This document shows positions 37,681 through 49,433 of a stretch of DNA of 64,000 bases, piece after piece. Position 1 is the first letter of the stretch. Every line of letters begins with the position of its first letter. Source of the DNA: Anthoceros angustus (lineage: Eukaryota > Plantae > Anthocerotophyta); NCBI GenBank assembly GCA_010909165.1, contig VJWM01000259.1, forward strand, positions 62,001-126,000, in the 5' to 3' direction. The notes under the pieces were generated by a model. That model was not told the DNA's origin and did not search any database. It saw only the letters and a program-made list of their open reading frames with translations. The translations under genes were made by a program, and so were the position numbers.

Positions 37681-38165
37681 TAGGAAGGAGTTCGTTCCCA
37701 AGGAATAGCGAGCTCCGTTTACGGCGTTTCGATTCGTCTCACTTTCGTCCGTTCAGTCCCAACGCACACACTCCTTAGTTCACGTCTAACTACTCGCGAC
37801 AAACACCGCACAGGCCCGGTATGGCCAAACGTTTAAGGACCCGTTCGCGTCCGTTTCGTTCACGTTCGTCTCTCACACCTCTCGTCCGTTCCTCTCTCCA
37901 CTCGCACTACACTTATCCGTCTTAAGGCAAGACGCGCGGGTTACACAGTCCGGACCTCCTCCGCCGTTCTACCGGGCCTCTCGTCAGACTCTGCCGCCCT
38001 CCAAAGTCCCTCAGGCTCACACGTTCGGTCCGTTCGGGGCGCGGCTACGGGCGAGCACGGGTCCCAGTCACTCTTCCACACACACCACAACACGTTAGGT
38101 CCGTCACGGGACCACAGTCAATCCCTCCGGGCGCCGTGCACCTTTCGGTGACTCGGGACTCACGT
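37681..38165. other. Compositionally anomalous segment (CG/GT-rich, almost no TG), unassigned
   Basis: Hand count: 4 TG in 37681-38160; in 37741-37920 CG 20 vs GC 7 and GT 16 vs TG 1. No match to other window sequence was seen. Confidence 0.6.
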
Positions 38166-38539
38166 TAGCAAGAAGACACACAAGGTGCAAGAGCAGCATC
38201 AACACCAAGAAAGATGATTTATTGAGGCAGCTGACCCTCTTATACTAGGTCGGCGTCTTTATTACATCCCCTATTACGGGCGGGCATTTCGGTATGCCTA
38301 ATCGGCCGCCTACCATCCTATTTCCCCTATCTCCTTCACGGTGTGGTGGCCGAAGGTCCGAGTTCGCCTTGGGATTGGTGGTCCAATCTCCCGTCCACAG
38401 GTTGCGGCGCACCCAATCGGATGATCCGAGACCCCTCCTCTCCCGGAATCACAGCCGGGTTGGGCTCGTGATGCCCGTGGAATTTGAAGTACCTCCAGCC
38501 TCCCCATGGGTCCCCTCGGTGGGGCCACGCTATCTCTCC

Positions 38540-39590
38540 CCAGCGTAAGTCGAGGGGCTCCTCCTTCTTGCCGAGTCGACCTCGAGGTCGGTCTCGACTC
38601 GAACTGAACTCCAGTCGGCTTATTTCTGAGGCCTCGTCTCGGGGTTCGGACCTCAGGGTCCGAACTTATTACCGGGGTCCGGTCCCCAAGCTCCGGACCC
38701 CTTTCCTGTGGACCTCGTACTGCTAGGTCCTCCTCCTTACCCCCCGACCCTTGTCTTGGTTCGGGTTGGCTCCCTCCCTCTGCACCCCTTTCAGGCCCGT
38801 CACCCCCCTTCTCCGGAGCGGGTGGTGGTGAACTTACCTTGGGGTCCGCTGCGTCCCGCTCCTCTTGGGGCTCCTCTCCTTCGCTGCCGTCGTCTCCAAG
38901 CTAGGGTCCCTGTCTTTGTCCCGTGCCCTTCTTCCCCTCAGGGCCTTCCGGTCCGTCTATTTGCGGATGAGGCCTCTACCAGCTCGGCGTGGTAATAGGC
39001 AAAGTCCGAATCCACTTTGGATTGCCTCTTCCACGTCTTGGGCACCCGATACTCCCTTAGCCATAGGTGCTCGGAGGCGAGCTTGCCCACCTTGTTGCTC
39101 CACCTCCCCGCCGGGTTTGATAGTAGCTGGGCCTGCCGAGGTGCCTTCGGTCACCTCCAGCACCGTCATTTGTTGCTCCACTGCTCCAACTCCCTCCGCT
39201 TGGTTCAGCCTGCTTGCCCGCCATAGCGTTCCCTTCCGACTTCCTCGGTGGACGGCGGCTTCTTGTATGCGCTTCCGGGCCCTGCCTCTTGTCCATTACA
39301 GGTAACTCCGCCATCTCCCGCTCAGGGGTCGGGCAACCTTGCCCACTGCGGGCTTCGCCGAGCCCTTCTCCATCTCGGCGTCACGCTCCTGTTCCATCGC
39401 CGTCGCTCCGTCCCAGCGGGCGGAGCCGCTCTATTTCCGGTCGCGTTCGCGACCATGTCCTGAGACTACCATTCCTCTCAATGATAGTTTGGGCTGCGGC
39501 TCAAAGTCTCTTATGTCCTCCATCTCACCCGCTGCTGCTCCACCTCCCGGAGCTGAGTCCGGAGGTCCTCCATCTCCCTGTCTCCATCAA
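38540..39590 (-). pseudogene. Unidentified GC-rich frameshifted ORF-like remnant with an E/R/Q-rich coiled-coil-like start
   Basis: Minus-strand pieces such as MEDLRTQLREVEQQRV, MEQERDAEMEK and DSDFAYYHAELVEASS. No family was recognised. Confidence 0.3.
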
Positions 39591-39611
39591 CCCTAAACCC
39601 TAAACCCTAAA
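39591..39611 (+). repeat. Plant-type telomeric repeat (CCCTAAA)3
   Basis: CCCTAAACCCTAAACCCTAAA, followed by a degenerate CTCTA. Confidence 0.85.
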
Positions 39612-39619
39612 CTCTATCG

Positions 39620-40414
39620 TGCCGGCTGTGAGCCAACGTAGCGTCTGGTAGAGAGGAAGTCGCGGTGGTCGGAGTGCTTGGTGGAGGTCTTGCTCCCTGC
39701 AAGTGCCTAAACGAGTTGCTCCCCTTGTGAATGGTTGTTGTGAAATTGCTTTGCCTGGGTGTGTGGCGATGCCCAGGGAACACTCGGCTGGAGACCAGGC
39801 CACAGGGAAAGACTCCCTGGTGGCGCTCGTCGAGTGGTGTCAAACTCACAGCAACCGGCCCAAGGAAGAACTTGCTGGTGGAGGCCGACCCAGGCGATTG
39901 TGTGAAGGCGAGTCGGCCAGTAAGCCCAGGCGAGGTTAGAATAGGAGGAAGAGGATGAGAAGATGAGGAGATGAGAAATGAGTAGAGGATTAGAGGGGTA
40001 GGTGCTAGTCGAAGGCCGCAGGCCTAGATGATCCCAAATCTGCAAGTAAAAGAGCGCCTCCACAGGTGGAGAAGAGTGGTCTTAGAAGTAGGGACGAAAT
40101 CGCGGTGTGGATCGGGGGTCCACAGAGGCGCCGTGATAGGCTCCTCAGCCTGGAGGCGGGACTGCAATTGTTTTGTGTCGTTGTAGGTCGAGGATTGGCA
40201 ATTTTGGAGCAAGAGGTGCACTGAAGAGGGAGAGTAGAGGGCGCCTTGTTTTGTTTAGAAAGAAGTGTGTCCGCGGTGGCGATCGACATCACAAGACCTC
40301 GAACTTTCACACAAGTCTCATGGGAGATGAAACCCAGTATGCGAAGCGGCAATTGGGATAAGTGTGGCCGCTATAGTGGGAGGACCTCGGGAGTGCCCGG
40401 GTTTTCCTACCACA
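39620..40414 (+). mobile_element. 3'-terminal 0.8 kb of a family-A LTR, with no PBS following
   Basis: Matches 9825-10570. Ends GGGTTTTCCTACCACA, then TCCGC rather than TTTTTGGCGC. Confidence 0.85.
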
Positions 40415-41234
40415 TCCGCTTTTCTGTCACCTCCTTGGTGTTTTCCCAGCGCCTCACGGTGCTTTTCCATCCCGACGCCTCTTCTCCACCTCCTTTTCCT
40501 TTTCTTCTTCGCCAATCGCCCGGGGCTAGGGTTCCTTTCTAGCTTCCAATGCACACACAGTCCGTCCCCTTCTCGCGTGCTGCCTTCCTTCCTCTGGCGA
40601 CGATGGCGATGGCAGACTTCCTTCTCCCCTCTTGCGTTTACGCTCCAACTCCAGTCTCGCGAAGTGAAGTTGGCTCGAGTTCGGAAGGAAGTTGGCGCGC
40701 CCAAATTGCACTTTGCCCTCTTTGGATGTTGCCACTGGAGGCTGCGACCCTAGATCTGGTCTATTATTCCAAAATCCTAATCCTACTTATTGCCTATTTC
40801 CTATTTTACCTACTATCTCTAATTAATCGCTTTTCTAATTACTTTGTATATTTATTCCCTATTGAGGAGCATATATAGTGGATATCCCCCTATTCTAATT
40901 TCCCTTTTAGCCGAGATTAGATACCTACTGGTGATGCAATAGCACCCGTGAGATACACTTTCTTCTCAGTACTACCGGTGGTGTGGCGACCTAGGTAGTC
41001 TGCCGACCTACAAATGCCTTCGGTGCCATTACGCCTTGCACGGGGGTTTTAGACCCGTTCTTCTTCCTGACATATCCTCTTTGCCTTCCTAACAATATCC
41101 TACAACTCCAGCTTCAAGATTCTCAGAAAATTTCCTGGCATGCTCTTCTTCAATCGTTCTTAGCCAAAAAAAAAATCAAACTTGGTCGTCTTCTGGCTTC
41201 TTTGGGCTGGTTGCCCAAACTTTTGCGTTCCTCA
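40415..41234 (-). mobile_element. 5' 0.8 kb of a family-A LTR in inverted orientation
   Basis: The minus strand starts TGAGGAACGCAAAAGTTTGGGCAACCAGCCC at 41234 and contains the GATATCCACTATATATGCTC block. The left boundary is approximate. Confidence 0.85.
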
Positions 41235-44125
41235 ACCGGATAGACCTAAAGCCGGGTGCGGTGCCTGTTCGGATTCGACAGTATAAACTGAATCCCAAAC
41301 ACTCGCTGAAGGTCAAGGAGGTCTTGGACAAATATTTGGAGGCGGACATCATCTTTCCGATCGTAAACAGCGAGTGGGTGGCACCCATTGTCGTGGTGCC
41401 CAAGAAACAGCCCGGGCAGATTCGCGTCTGCCAGGATTGGAGGAAACTCAATGCCGCCACCAAGAAGGACCACTTCCCCATGCCTTTCGTGGATGACATA
41501 CTGGACAAAGTGGCAGGTCATAGTACTTACTCCTTCCTAGATGGATACTTCGGCTACAAGCAACTGCACCTGAGGGAGTCGGACCGGGACAAGACAACGT
41601 TCACCACGGAGTGGGGACGCCTAAACTTGAAGGATGGCGGAGGCCGGGGTCATTCATGCGGATGGTGACCAACGTTTTCCGGGATTTCTTGAGAGACTTC
41701 ATGGAGGTATTCCTGGACGACTTTTGTGTGCACGAGAGAGGACAAGCACGTTGGGCACTGCGGAGTGCTTGGAGCCAAGAAACCCAGCGTGCCATCCGAA
41801 TGCTACTTCGGCATGACGGAGGGAATCCTGCTGGGGCATTTGGTGTCGGCGCGGGGGATAGAGGTGGACAAAGACAAAGTTCAGGTCATCTAGTCCCTGC
41901 AGCCGCCCACAAATCTGAAGGAGTTGCGGGGATTCTTGGGCATGGTGGGTTATTACAGGCGGTTCATTAAGGACTTTGCAAAGCGTGCTGCCAAGCTAAC
42001 GGAGTTGCTCCGGAAGGAGGAGGAGTGGGCCTGGACACCAGAAAGAGAGGCGGCGTTTAGGGATTTGCAGACTACCTTGATGAGTGCTCCGATATTGAAA
42101 GGTCCGGACTGGGGTAGGCGGTTTCATGTATATGTGGATATGTCGGCGTTCGCCATCGGAGTGGTGCTCAGCCAAAGGGACGACTAGCGGAGGAATCATC
42201 CGATCTACTACGCTGGAAGGCAGCTCACGCACACGAAATGGAAGTACACTACCACGGAGCAAGAGGCGCTGGGCATGGTGTACGTGGTCAAGAAATTCAC
42301 GCACTACCTCCTACCCAACGAGTTTGTGTTCTATGTGGACCACTTCGCGCTCAAGCATCTCGTGAATAAGGCGGACCTGTCCGGACGAATTGCGAGGTGG
42401 ATTCTGTTACTCCAAGAGTTCACCTTTGAGGTGGAGACCAGGCAGGGGCGGCAACACCAAAACGCTGACTTCCTGTCGAGATTGAAGAGCCGGTCCTACA
42501 GAATCAGGAGGACGCCTTCCCCGACGAGGAACTGGTGGCCACAGTGGAGGCGCAGGCGGAGGAGCGCAGTCAGAAGAACCGCAAGCTTGTGGACAGCGTA
42601 CCCATGGCAGAAACGGAGAAGGGGAGCAGCCGTAGGGGACGGCCCACCTATGCGGAGCTGGAGCGGTACCTGTGGGAGATGGAGATGCCAAGCGGATTGA
42701 CCCGTGCCCAACAACAGGCCTTTGTGCACTACGCTCGCCCTTTCCGGATGTACAACGGATGCGTCTTCAAGGTGGGGCCGGACGGAGTTGAATGGAGATA
42801 CCTCCAGCAGGCGGAAACGGAGGTAGTAATAAAAGGGATGCATGAAGGACTGGGTGGTGGACATTATGCGGTGCAGTTCACCACCAAGAAGATCTTGGAG
42901 GCAAAAGGCGGAAGAGCATTTTGCCCAATTAGAGCAAGAGAGGAAAAGCAAGGCGAGGCACTAGGAAGGAGAAGGTCAACTCAAAGAATGAGCAGTGATG
43001 GCTACTGCTATCAAAAGATCCGGATATGGGAGAGGAGTTGAGAAGGACCCGAGGAGGAGGAGGAGGAGGAGAAGCACAAGACCGTGGAGTCGGAGCTGAA
43101 AGGAATGCTTGGCAAGTGAGAGGGGCTTGCCAAAGAATAGCGGACTGGAACAAAGGAGGTCTCAGAGGAGGAGCGCCACAAGAAGGTGGTGCATGTACGC
43201 CGGTAGTGAGGAAGCGATTTTGGTGCATATGCCCTTCGCAAAATTGGCCAGCCAAAGGAAGTGAGGGAGGAGAATGTAACCTCCATGTCAAGGTGGGAGA
43301 ATTAACCAGCAAGAGATGCCTACAAGGGTAGGTGCGAGATGGAGAGTGGCCACCATGTATGGGGAAGCCTTGATTTGTGAAGCGATGTGATGCTTGTCGG
43401 CGGATCGGAAGCCTACTAACGACTCAATGGCCTGGTGCCCATCTTGGCACTCGCCTTCGAAAATGGTGTCGACTTTTGTCGGACCTACTCTGACCTGACA
43501 AGCACACACACAGGAAGAGTACATCTTGGTGGCAGACTCGCACGGTGGTGGGCGGTGAGCAACAGGATGGACTACGCAAGCCAGTGGCAAGTTCCTCTAT
43601 GAAACGTCATATTGGTATGGGTGTCCGTTGTAGTTGGTAAGCAATAGGGGGACTCATTTCTTGAATGATGTGATAGCTGCAATGACGGACTATTTCGGTA
43701 TAACTCATCGCAAAATGGCACCATACAACCCGAAGGCCAATGGGTTAACGGAGAAGACCAACGGAATTATCTGCCGCATCCTGAATAAGCTTACGGTTAA
43801 TTATGCGCACGACTGGGATACCAAGTTGCCATCCGCGCTATGGGCTTTCAAGACGGCGGAGAAAGTAACCACCCAATAAACTCCGTATTACCTAACCTAT
43901 GGGCATTCTCCGGTTATGCCGGTCGAATTTGAGGAACCGACGTTCCGAGTCATGATGGAGAAACGGCTAGCCGAGGAGGAAAGCCAATTGGAACGGCTGC
44001 TAGGGTTTGTACAGCATACGGAGGGACGGGAAGAGGCTCAGCACAGGATGCAGCTGGTGCAACATCAACGTAAGGTGTGGCACGACCGACGACTCCGGAA
44101 CCAAGAGTATGTGAAGGAGGGAGAT
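41235..44125 (+). pseudogene. pol: Pol remnant of a second Athila-like Ty3/gypsy family (B): RT, RNase H, integrase
   Basis: VRIRQYKLNPKHSLKVK, VCQDWRKLNAATKKDHFPMPFVDDILD, DFMEVFLDDFCV, VYVDMSAFAIGVVLSQ, HEGLGGGHY, VSNRGTHFLND and YNPKANGLTEKTN. Same architecture as A but clearly different nucleotide sequence. Truncated at EYVKEGD. Confidence 0.92.
42903..43345 (+). mobile_element. Internal family-A LTR fragment embedded in the family-B integrase
   Basis: AAAAGGCGGAAGAGCATTTTGCCCAATTAGAGCAAG...GAGATGGAGA matches 18405-18850 and 33235-33740. It splits B's KKILEA / WPTMY motif. Confidence 0.85.
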
Positions 44126-44136
44126 TAGTCTAGGAA

Positions 44137-44167
<31 letters not shown>

Positions 44168-47100
44168 CATCTATCCAAGAGAGAGTTATGTTCCCTATGA
44201 GATCCATGAATTTGCCCTTTGTGTGCCCATAGATTGGTGCTTCTAAATGATGTTTATCCATCCCAAACATCCCATCGATGAACTAAGTAAATCTATTCCT
44301 TCAATGTTTACGTAATACTAATTTGTGAAGGAATTTTTATTGATTTTATTTATTATTTACCCTTTATTATTTTCTTACTAATATGGTTGTTTTCCTTGAT
44401 TTTTGAGATAAATTTTAATTCAAGAAAGTCTAATATGTATGCGGTTTTATTTGTCTTTTTGGATAATAAACTTGGAAGCGTGATGTTTACAAGTATCTTT
44501 CATATGTTTTGTTTTTGACCTTAGAGAGGTGTCTAACCCATAAAAATGCACCATTAGACTCTTGATAACTATGGAGTGAATAGAATATGAATATGCTTGC
44601 CTTTTCCAAGGCTATCACCTTTTATTGGTAGGAGGATATAGTGCCTTACCCACTTGGACATGTTAACACCTCATATGGGCCATGTGTGCATTTATGACCT
44701 CGGACCTTGTTTCACTTTTAATATATACTACTAGGCTATAAATGAGGGATCTGATCTATGTGCATGTTTTTTAAGGATGGGTTGGTTCCTTGTGGTTTAT
44801 CATTGGTAGGAATGGCTGCCCAATAGGATTATATAACTTGTGAGCCAGTGGTTGGATAGAGTTTACTACCCAATGAAATCCCTTCCCTCCAAACTTTGGT
44901 TGGGGTTTCTCCCTTCCCTCTCCTATGCTTAGCCTCTACCTTTGATGATTGTCATTCTCTCTACTGCTCCTGCCCTCTATTTGCGTGATCACCTTACTTA
45001 GCACCTTGGTCTCTTTGTCTCGTTGCCTCCCCAAGCTAGCCATGGCTACCAAGGTTGAACCTCTTTCTCCTCTCTTCTACTTCACTATGCAACCTTAGAT
45101 TAGTGGATGTACAATGGATCCCGTCTCACCAAGGATCCAGAAACGGGGCCGATGATCCCTTTTGGTGGTGAAGAAGGAAGGGGAGGGGTGTTGACCAACA
45201 TCTACTGTGCATCCAAGAAGCTAGACCTTGATTTGGTCATCTGGTCTAGTCTTCTAAACCTCAAGTTGTTTTTTCGGTATGATCTAGAAGCAGCTGGATA
45301 GATGACTCAATGACTGCTAGGGTTTGTGTCTTACGGATTCAAAATACTGGTTTGATCAACACAAGATACTTCGTGCTCCGGCAGGCTGACGTGGCTATGA
45401 ATGTGTCGTTGTTCGTGCTGCAATTTTTGTCTGGATGCCTCGTATTGGATGCATGTCGGAATCGTCATCCTTTGGGATCGACTCAAGGTCCCGCTTAGGT
45501 GAAGCATCAGCATCTTGCGTAGCTCATTGCCTGCATTGTGAGGATGTCGATGTTTGATACATGTAGCAAGGAATGACAGGTGGAGGACAACGTCTGCAGT
45601 TGAATGAGGAAAATAGGTGGTATCTCTTGTTGTTTGGCTTCACTGACGATCTACGAGCACAAGATTGCATGTGAATGGCTTCAAGATAGCATGGATAGAT
45701 ATTGTGCACGGATGCTCGCTTAAGCTTGCGGGGATGTCGATCTAGTTTTGCATATCGCGTTGCTACCACGGTTGGATGTACTGCTGTTGATCTTGTAAGA
45801 TTGCAGAATATTGGGAGTCCGCCGAGACAAGGGCCTCTTTGAATGGCGCTTTTGATCGGACGGGTTGGAGGATTGCTGGTTTTGCTCCTGCCGCCATCGC
45901 TCATGGATTGCTTGCTAGGAATGATTATCTCGGTTGAGGGTTCCACATGGCTGCGTGCTTGGAGCCATACAAAGTGGCGCGCAAGTGGTGCTGCAGCAAC
46001 GGGTTTTGCTTCCACGATGGCATTTGTCATTGCTTGCTGGAAATTGATGTCGTGCGCATAGCGACGTCTGCCACAGGTGGGTGCTGGATATGGGTGGATC
46101 GGACGGGGTTGTACGTCGATCTAAACGTGAGCAGGATGACCATGCGGCTACCGATTTGCTTGGTGACCGTCTCACGGAGAGGTGTGTCCGCGCCTCGGTG
46201 AGGATCGACTATGGGCAAGGAAAAATCATGGGGCCTGATTGTCTGGCCTCTTTTGGACGCGATTTTTGACCGGACGGGTTGGAGGATTGCTGGTTTTTCT
46301 CCTCACCGCCATCGCTCATGGATTGCTTTGGGAATGATGACCATATGGTTTGATGGTTCTGTGGCTGCCGATGCTTGGAGCCATACAAAGTGGCGCGCAA
46401 GCGGTGACGACCGATGGTTTTGCTACCACGGTGGATGTTCACCTTTGTTGGACGGGAATTGGTGTCTCTGTGGTGATTAGCATGATGTCTTCTGGTGCGG
46501 ATCTTGGATGGGCGGGATGGGTGGATCCAGACGGGGTTGTCGATCTAAAACTTGACCGGGATGGCCATGCTTGCCAATCCTTTTCTCCAACCAGGATCGG
46601 TGATCGGTGGTCTTGACCCAACGTGGGCTTGTGATGGTGGTAGCGTGCGGCGGAGAAAAGCGATCGGCAATAAAGCGCCGCTTGCTTACTGCGAGAATGC
46701 ATGAGGATCTGTAGTGATTGAGATTGGTGTAACTTGAAGAAAATGATACGGTGCTGTCTGCTGCAAGGAAGTGTGTGATGGGTGGTGAGCTTGAGAGAAA
46801 AAGATGCAGTGATGGTGCCGCCTATTGGTGACAATGATACCATGGGTATGTGATGATGGAGAATGCGATGTCGACGGTGGGCCACGGTTTGATTCTTTGC
46901 AAGGATGTGTATGAAATGTGGCCGGTGAGACTAGTGAGCCAAAAAAGCGATGCTCATCAAGTGGATGCACGCTGCTTGCTTTGCAAGCATACGAGGTATG
47001 TAATGGTTGAGACTCATGAGCGGCGGAGAAAAGCGATGTGAGGCTGTGGATGCACGTTGTATACTTGCGCAAGGATGCATGTGGGTGTTTGATGATTGAG

Positions 47101-47734
47101 AGATGAACGGCCTAGAGAAAATAATGCAAGCAATGATGCACACACACTTCTTTAAGGATGCATGTGGGTTTGTGATATTGAGGGCGGTCGGTTTGGAAAG
47201 AGAAAGCAGCATAGATAAACACTACTCCCCTACAAGGATGCTTGCGGTAAAGGTTTTGATAACTTACGGTGACATACCAACCATGGACCACATATGGTGA
47301 ACTAGTCATTGCTACTTTGACAACCACGAAATTAATGGTGACATGCATGATTTTTCTCTCTCATGAACGGCTGATGTTCCTATTTGCATCACAGTTGGTT
47401 GCTAGCATGCTGAAAAATGGAAGAGTGCTTATAGACATCTTGGTTCACTTCACACGATTCGATGTAGAATCTAACTACTTACCAAGTGAAATTGCGGACA
47501 CATTGCATGCCTTTACACAATCATCCGTGTGCACGCTACAAATGTGATATACTCATACCAAGGAGGGCGATCTTGGATCTCTCACACATGGGGTTGCTTA
47601 CAATTAGGAGACCTATGGTGCGAACGGAAAATCCTTCCACAGGATTCGATTTTAAAATATATCTCTAAGCATGACTTTGCTTGAAATGACGGCTAGGTCG
47701 ACTTACACATGTAGTCTAGGAAATCTATCTATCT
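44126..47734. repeat. Repeat unit U1 (about 3.6 kb), putative upstream pseudo-LTR of the Penelope-like element
   Basis: Starts TAGTCTAGGAAA(TCTA)n-TCCATCTATCCAAGAGAG and ends GTAGTCTAGGAAATCTATCTATCT. Colinear with the units from 52415 onward. Confidence 0.85.
44138..44166 (+). repeat. (TATC)n/(GATA)n microsatellite marking unit junctions
   Basis: Also at 47724, 52415, 55917, 59431 and 60265. Confidence 0.9.
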
Positions 47735-49433
47735 TGTTACATCTTGGTTTGGTCACCAAGAATCCTTTCAACCTTTCTTTGGGTTTAGAAAGTCTGCGGT
47801 TCAAATCTCTTGTGGATTAATCATGCTGGTGGTGTTCACAAATGTGTTGGACTCACTAAGGTTGGAAATTGGCTTGGTTTTATTATTTCTCCTTTATTAT
47901 TTTGGGCTAACACATATGGTTTGATCCCCTTCTTGCTTTTGAGATGATTGCTTCCATTGTCCCCCCTCATTCATGAATTCAATTGCACGATAGCGCGGTT
48001 CTTGTGGTGGATGGATGGCACCCTCCCATCTTCTGGAGGTCCTCTCATTCAACGATTGGTGCAAGCTTGCCAATTCGAGGATGATGAAGGGATGAAGCTT
48101 CTTCAAACCATTGAGCGTAACTTGGAGCAATGTGTCAATGACGTATGCACAAGCAGTTGACGAGGAAAGAGTTCGGATTGCCAAGGCTCAAGGTTGCACG
48201 GTCGGCATGAGCTGGCCCATGCTTCACAGGGCAGATTCAACCATCAGCTTCCCCACGCCAACATGGCGGAGGAGGACCGCACCTTCATGCGAATATGTCG
48301 CCCAAGCACAAGCGATTACAGCAGACGGCGAGGGTTTCCTCTCATGAGCGATGTCCCATTCCTCTTGTTGCACCTAGGGACATTGAGGTGATTGTGCTGC
48401 CATCTCCACAAGATGTGGGTGGCTCTAACCTCTCTTACTTGGCACCTTCACTCAAACTTTTCAAGTCCTTTGTAGGCTAAGTGATGAAGAAATGGCGGAT
48501 TTGTTTGTGAAGGCGAGGATGGAAATGTGGCTTGGGCTTTTGCAGTAACAGCCCCGGATCTTGCTTTGATGCTACCAAATGCACTGAGATGATGTTGTGT
48601 AGGGTAAAGGCTCGTGGCCGGTGGCCAGCGGGAAGGATGACAAAACATGGTGGAATTGGCTCAGCCTTACATCAAATGCATCCGCCAAGATTTGTTGAAG
48701 TGATGGTAGGGCTGCACAATGGCGAAATCATCTAGTTTGACCAAGCCCTCGTTCATGGTACAACATTTGGATGAGTTCTTTCGGCGAGCCTCCGTGTTCA
48801 ATGCTTGCCTTCACGGCATTCGAATGCTGGCCAAAACCGTGATTGTGTGAAAGCCCACATTTCCTTCATGTATGTACGTGAAATGATCTTTGGATGTGCT
48901 GCGCATTTGCCACTAACCCCACCAAAGGCTCCTTGTTGCATTCCACGGATCAGCAAACTCATGATAGAAAATGATCAAGCCTCCTTCCTTCACACGGAAG
49001 AATGCGATCGTTTGATGAAACAGAGTTGAGGTCCAATCAAAAATCCTATCATAAGGCAAAGTCCATGGGGACAAGCACGAAAAAGTCCTCACGGAGGCAC
49101 GTGGCAATAGGCAAGGTGGCCCTATGATGCACAATAGGTTTTCTAACAAATATGCTAGCCACTACTATCGCAAAGAAGACTCTCCTATGGCTCGGACATT
49201 GTTGCTTAGCTCTCCAAGACATCCGCACCCTCCTTCCAACACACATGGTGACTGGCACCCAGCCTCTTCTACCTCTAAGCCTCCTAGTGGACTACGGGAA
49301 TCAAACTCGTGATTTTTGTAAGTTCGATGACCCTCTTTTCTTCGTTGTCACGCTAATTTTTCCTTGGTTGCCTTTTCGGGTGTCATCACGATGATCGTGC
49401 TGATCGCATGTTGCTTTTGACATGGCAGAATGG

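Noticed and set aside
37622-37990. The roughly 120-codon open frame in the complement-only reading as a gene
   Set aside because: That reading direction cannot be transcribed from this DNA, and such a length can arise by chance in GC-rich sequence. It is noted only as a clue to the mirror anomaly.
38950-39020. Zinc knuckle (GLCL...) on the minus strand
   Set aside because: It needs several substitutions and frameshifts, and an alternative frame reads equally well.
40410-40420. Target-site duplications delimiting a complete family-A insertion
   Set aside because: The flank TCCGC after 40414 does not match the bases before any LTR start (5543, 15840) or after 41234 (ACCGG); no TSD pair was found.
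47325-47385. Hammerhead ribozyme in the PLE pseudo-LTR (CGAAA...CTGATG)
   Set aside because: The core needs CUGANGA; here it is CTGATGT, flanking stems are not evident, and the CTGA is absent in U2 and U3.
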